The position numbers and the translations under genes were made by a program. A stretch of 57,807 bases of DNA from a virus (taxonomy: Duplodnaviria > Caudoviricetes), in IMG/VR virus record IMGVR_UViG_3300043466_004381, positions 1 to 57,807 of that record; one strand, given 5' to 3'. Shown in pieces: positions 57,283-57,807 of the stretch. Under the pieces are notes generated by a model. It was given only the letters and a program-made list of their open reading frames with translations, did no database searches and was not told the DNA's origin. Positions within the stretch are counted from its first letter, which is position 1. Each line of letters starts with the position of its first letter.

Positions 57283-57450
57283 TTATAGTGTCGTAATAGC
57301 TTCTTCTTCACTTTCAAACCAATACCATCCATCTACTGGATATTCATATTGATCTTTATTTTGCGCTACTAACACAAACCCATTTCCTTCTACTATGTTT
57401 GGAGCATAGAAAAGTTCCTCATTATCTTTTTTGTAAAATCCTGATGTCAT
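57283..57450 (-). CDS. Small hypothetical protein (55 aa; not in ORF track)
   Basis: MTSGFYKKDNEELFYAPNIVEGNGFVLVAQNKDQYEYPVDGWYWFESEEEAITTL; directly downstream of a structural gene. Confidence 0.65.
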   Translation of the reverse strand: MTSGFYKKDNEELFYAPNIVEGNGFVLVAQNKDQYEYPVDGWYWFESEEEAITTL

Positions 57451-57454
57451 AAAA

Positions 57455-57805
57455 TTATGCTGTTACTGCCCAGCCTTTTAATAGGGCTGTTCCAGTTCTT
57501 AATTGTCTAAATGTTAAACTATTTGCACCCCCCGCAGCCATTTGTCGTGATACTGTAATGCTTACGTTGGGGTTAATTGATACAACTTCTGTACGATAAC
57601 GTAAGGTTCCAGAACCGTTTATCGTTAATGCTAGTGCTGGACCACCTAGAGTTGCTGCTACTTGAAATGTTCCAGCTGTAGCATTGACTACATAATAAAT
57701 TCTATTAGTAACAATACCAGTCGTTGTTACTATAGTTGCAAAAGAAACTTCATCTCCATTACTTAAACCATGTGATGCTAAGTTGACCAGATCGCCAGCA
57801 TCAGT
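57455..57805 (-). CDS. C-terminus of a virion structural/fibre protein (5'-truncated)
   Basis: Open frame ...HGLSNGDEVSF...YYVVNATAGTFQVAATLGG...LLKGWAVTA*. Confidence 0.7.
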   Translation of the reverse strand, partial: TDAGDLVNLASHGLSNGDEVSFATIVTTTGIVTNRIYYVVNATAGTFQVAATLGGPALALTINGSGTLRYRTEVVSINPNVSITVSRQMAAGGANSLTFRQLRTGTALLKGWAVTA

Positions 57806-57807
57806 AA

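Noticed and set aside
1-57807. Stop-codon reassignment
   Set aside because: Core genes are full length in the standard code and end at TAA, TAG and TGA.

Overview
This is a 57.8-kb, AT-rich segment of an uncultured-type T4-like myophage genome in the standard genetic code. I saw no tRNA, CRISPR array, integrase or transposase. Layout: (1) the 3' part of a tail fibre/spike gene; (2) a minus-strand replication/recombination block (gp61, gp45, gp32, gp41, uvsX, gp43, gp46, gp47, gp55, uvsW, uvsY); (3) a dispersed 7-deazaguanine pathway (folE, queD, queE, a queC lacking its Zn cysteines, a free class II glutamine amidotransferase, DUF366); (4) an 11-gene glycosyl/methyltransferase island; (5) a head/neck module (gp15, gp20, gp13, gp4, gp21, gp22, gp23). 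No DpdA/TGT is present in the window, but a purine phosphoribosyltransferase and a nucleotide kinase lie just behind queE, and two glycosyltransferases sit inside the replication block. The best candidate novel system is therefore a nucleotide-level, possibly glycosylated, deazaguanine DNA-modification route; this is inference, and the rest of the genome is not visible. Other signals: promoters of both classes sit about 5-9 nt before start codons (leaderless-type expression); a small late protein copies a motif from the capsid N-arm; a retropepsin-like protease carries a capsid-targeting-like N-terminus; an unannotated S4-domain microprotein is coupled to queC; a pseudoknot-forming RNA lies before queD; and an epimerase deletion scar ends the glycosylation island. 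All family assignments come from motif recognition by eye, not from database searches.
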